This document shows positions 61,980 through 64,000 of a DNA stretch of 64,000 nucleotides, piece after piece. The stretch covers positions 1,062 through 65,061 of the forward strand of contig DYFQ01000011.1 in NCBI GenBank assembly GCA_020725105.1. Direction: 5' to 3'. The first letter of the stretch is position 1. Each line of letters starts with the position of its first letter. The notes under the pieces are model-generated. The model made no database searches, was not told where the DNA came from, and saw only the letters and a program-made list of their open reading frames with translations. This DNA is from Symbiobacterium thermophilum. GTDB taxonomy: Bacteria > Bacillota > Sulfobacillia > DYFQ01. The position numbers and the translations under genes were made by a program.

Positions 61980-63561
61980 CCGTCGGGAATCGCACGGCAC
62001 GGCAGCCGCAAGGCAAAATTTGCCGCGGCCAGCAGGAATTCGGCCGGGAGGCGCGAAATTGTCAGTAACGTATCAGAGGCGTCTTCTCTATGCCTCGTCG
62101 ATTTCGCTCCCAACCTCCCCCACCGCCACCCCGGTTCGCTCGCATGCTCAATGCCGTCGGCATCCGCCACCGCATCGTCAAAACCATTGGCTCCATCATC
62201 TTGCTCAAGGCCATGGCCGAGCGCATGAATCTGCGCGCCATCGTCGATACCACCATCCCCATGCAGCGCCACAGCGGCTTCACCCACGGCCAGCTCGTCG
62301 AGGCCCTGGTCATGAACCGCTGCCACGCTCCAGCTCCCCTCTATCAGGTCCAGGAGTGGGCCAACGAATCCGGCACGGCCGACCTCTACGGCCTGCCCGC
62401 TGAGCGGTTCAACGACGACCGTCTGCGCGATACCCTCGATGTGTCGCCCGCCTACGAAAAAGACCTCCAGGGCCTCATCGCCGTCCGCTTGCTCAGCGAC
62501 TTTGCCGTGCCGGCCGACGAAGTCCTCTACGATATCACCTCCCTCTATTTCGAGGGGGGCTACGAGGAATCCGCACTCATCCGCTACGGCTATAGCCGGG
62601 ATGGGAAACCCGACAAAAAACAGGTGAATCTGGCCCTGACCACCTCCAGGCAAGGCGGCGTGCCCTTGCAGTCGCAGATCTCGCTCCCTGGCAGGCGGCT
62701 ACCGCGTTGTTGGACGCGCTCCAGCAAGCCCACGTCCACTGGGCGGAACTGCCCTATCGAGGCGCCAGCGGCCAGAGCCGCTATTGGGCCTGCGAATGGG
62801 GCATCCCCGTGCTCTACGAAGAACCTCTGCCCAACGAGCCCCCGCCACTGCGGGCGCCCGGCCAACGGGGACGCCTGCGCTCCCAGGCTGTCCGCCGCCA
62901 CGTCTACTGTGAGCGGACCATCGTCATTCGCTCTTCGAGCAAGCAGAGCCGGGATGAAAAGACGCGCATCAAGCGCTGCCAGAACATCGAGGTCACCGAT
63001 GTGTACGCAGGCGCGGTAGGCGGCCAGGGCGCCGGAAAACAACCGATCCAACTTGGCATGCACCTGCTGGCGCGTCTTGAGCTGGGGCCGATTGAGGCCG
63101 GCCTGGATGGTGTTCAAGGAGCTCAGCGGTGCCGATGGCCAGATGGAGATGAGCTGGACCTGGAACCAGCCGGCCCTTGAGCGCCTCATGGCCCGGGAAG
63201 GCCTGTATGAACTGCAAGATCCGACCCCTGTTCGTGCACACCGACGCCCGGGTGCAGGCCCTGGCCTGGATCACTATGGTAGCCCTGCAGCCGTATTCGC
63301 TCATCGAGTGGGAGGCGAAAAAGGACGCAAGAGACCTGGACCACTCGCTTCCTCCGCCGGGTGTTTGCCAAGGTCAGTATTCTGCAGACCTTGTACGAGG
63401 ATGGTTCTGTTGAAATCGAATGGTGCAACTGGCTGCCCGAGCATCGGCGCGTCCTCCAACGTCTCGGCTTGCGTCTCATCGACCTGCCTGAACGGCTCGA
63501 ACCCTTTCCTTGACCCTCGCACTTGGCGTTCTGGTTACGGTCCCGTCCAACTGCCTGTGCC

Positions 63562-63581
63562 CTTAGAGCGGAAAATGGGTT
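63562..63581. repeat. Right terminal inverted repeat of the IS1634-like element
   Basis: CTTAGAGCGGAAAATGGGTT. Confidence 0.7.
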
Positions 63582-63667
63582 CAAAGCAGCATCAATCCAG
63601 TGCTTCACGGTTGCTGTTCGTCCCCATATCGGTTCGCCTCAACCCAGCTCCCTCTATTCAAACCCGA

Positions 63668-64000
63668 TCAGAAGCACCGTTTTAGCTCACTTGCTACATA
63701 AACCATCTTTTCCTCAGTCAACCCGGGGTATATCGGGAGAGAGGCAACCTCACGGCTAGCCCTCTCCACCTCCGGCAAGGCGTATCTCACAGGGGCGTAC
63801 ACCGGGAGTCTGTGCACCGGCACCGGGTAGTACACCATGGTCCCAATCCCTGCCTCCGTCAGCCTCCGCTGCACCTCGTCGCGCTTCCCGTCCAGGATGC
63901 GCACCGTGTACTGGTGGTAGACGTGCTTCGCGTAGGGCGCCTCATAGGGGGTCACCACCCCGGGCACGTCCTTCAGGAGCTCATTGTAAGTGCAGGCCGC
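63668..64000 (-). CDS. DegT/DnrJ/EryC1-family aminotransferase, C-terminal part (5' end beyond the window)
   Basis: The frame stays open to nt 64000 (..AACTYNELLKDVPGVVTPYEAPYAKHVYHQYTVRI..TMVYYPVPVHRLPVY..SLPIYPGLTEEKMVYVASEL). Confidence 0.8.
   Translation of the reverse strand, partial: AACTYNELLKDVPGVVTPYEAPYAKHVYHQYTVRILDGKRDEVQRRLTEAGIGTMVYYPVPVHRLPVYAPVRYALPEVERASREVASLPIYPGLTEEKMVYVASELKRCF

Larger units (their letters stand above)
61960..63581 (+). mobile_element. Decayed IS1634-like (IS4-superfamily DDE) element
   Basis: Terminal inverted repeats match 19/20. Transposase fragments start at ATG 62144: MLNAVGIRHRIVKTIG.., VLYDITSLYFEGGYEESALIRYGYSRDGKPDKKQVNLALTTSRQGGVPL. The catalytic core is then missing. 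Later fragments sit in other frames (RTIVIRSSSKQSRDEKTR; GQMEMSWTWNQPALERLMAREGLYEL; LFVHTDARVQALAWITMVALQPYSLIE). Confidence 0.7.

Noticed and set aside
60662-62653. A 663-aa ORF suggesting a much longer flippase.
   Set aside because: The N-terminal 229 codons are antisense to the IS1634-like transposase fragments and cross the IS terminal repeat. Wzx homology begins only near the internal ATG at 61966.

Overview
The window looks like chromosome from a very GC-rich, Firmicutes-like and probably thermophilic bacterium. Markers for this are a Spo0E-like phosphatase, YtaF, RNA polymerase delta followed by pyrG, a T-box-like leader, an SLH S-layer protein, a pyruvoyl arginine decarboxylase, an archaeal-type AspRS, a family-5 UDG and many HEPN/MNT pairs. 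I could not confirm the lineage without a database. By eye there are three compositional regimes (no GC values were computed).

(1) 1-23.6 kb and 25.7-36.5 kb are very GC-rich core genes. They include PBP1A, aspS, a secreted TolB-like protein, a GT2 synthase, dnaK-grpE, subtilisin, pdaD-speE-speB, kamA, rpoE-pyrG, a TAXI-TRAP transporter, an MFS transporter and a thrC-like gene. From about 27.1 to 35.1 kb this core is interrupted by a toxin-antitoxin / decay island. The island holds an integrase relic, two HEPN-MNT pairs, a PIN-UPF0175 pair, a vapBC pair with a frameshifted antitoxin, PIN relics, a DinB/UDG pair and peptide-permease debris.

(2) 23.65-25.73 kb is a small, visibly AT-richer two-gene insertion. 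It pairs a small YwgA/Panacea-like protein with a SAMHD1-type HD dNTPase. I consider this the best candidate for an undescribed, nucleotide-depletion-type module.

(3) About 36.5-64 kb is an intermediate- to low-GC cell-envelope supercluster. It contains an SLH S-layer gene with a long leader, a Wzy_C-TPR ligase or O-oligosaccharyltransferase candidate, and a degenerate subtilase-TPR gene. It also holds a roughly 19 kb Wzx/Wzy-type glycan locus with a PglF/C/E/D-like bacillosamine set, wecB, three GT4 genes, a D-glucuronyl C5-epimerase homologue, a pyruvyl transferase and an AsnB-like amidotransferase. Two decayed IS elements (IS21 family and IS1634-like) break this locus into three pieces.

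I found no rRNA, tRNA or CRISPR array. Many long ORFs in the track are antisense or off-frame artefacts of high-GC DNA.
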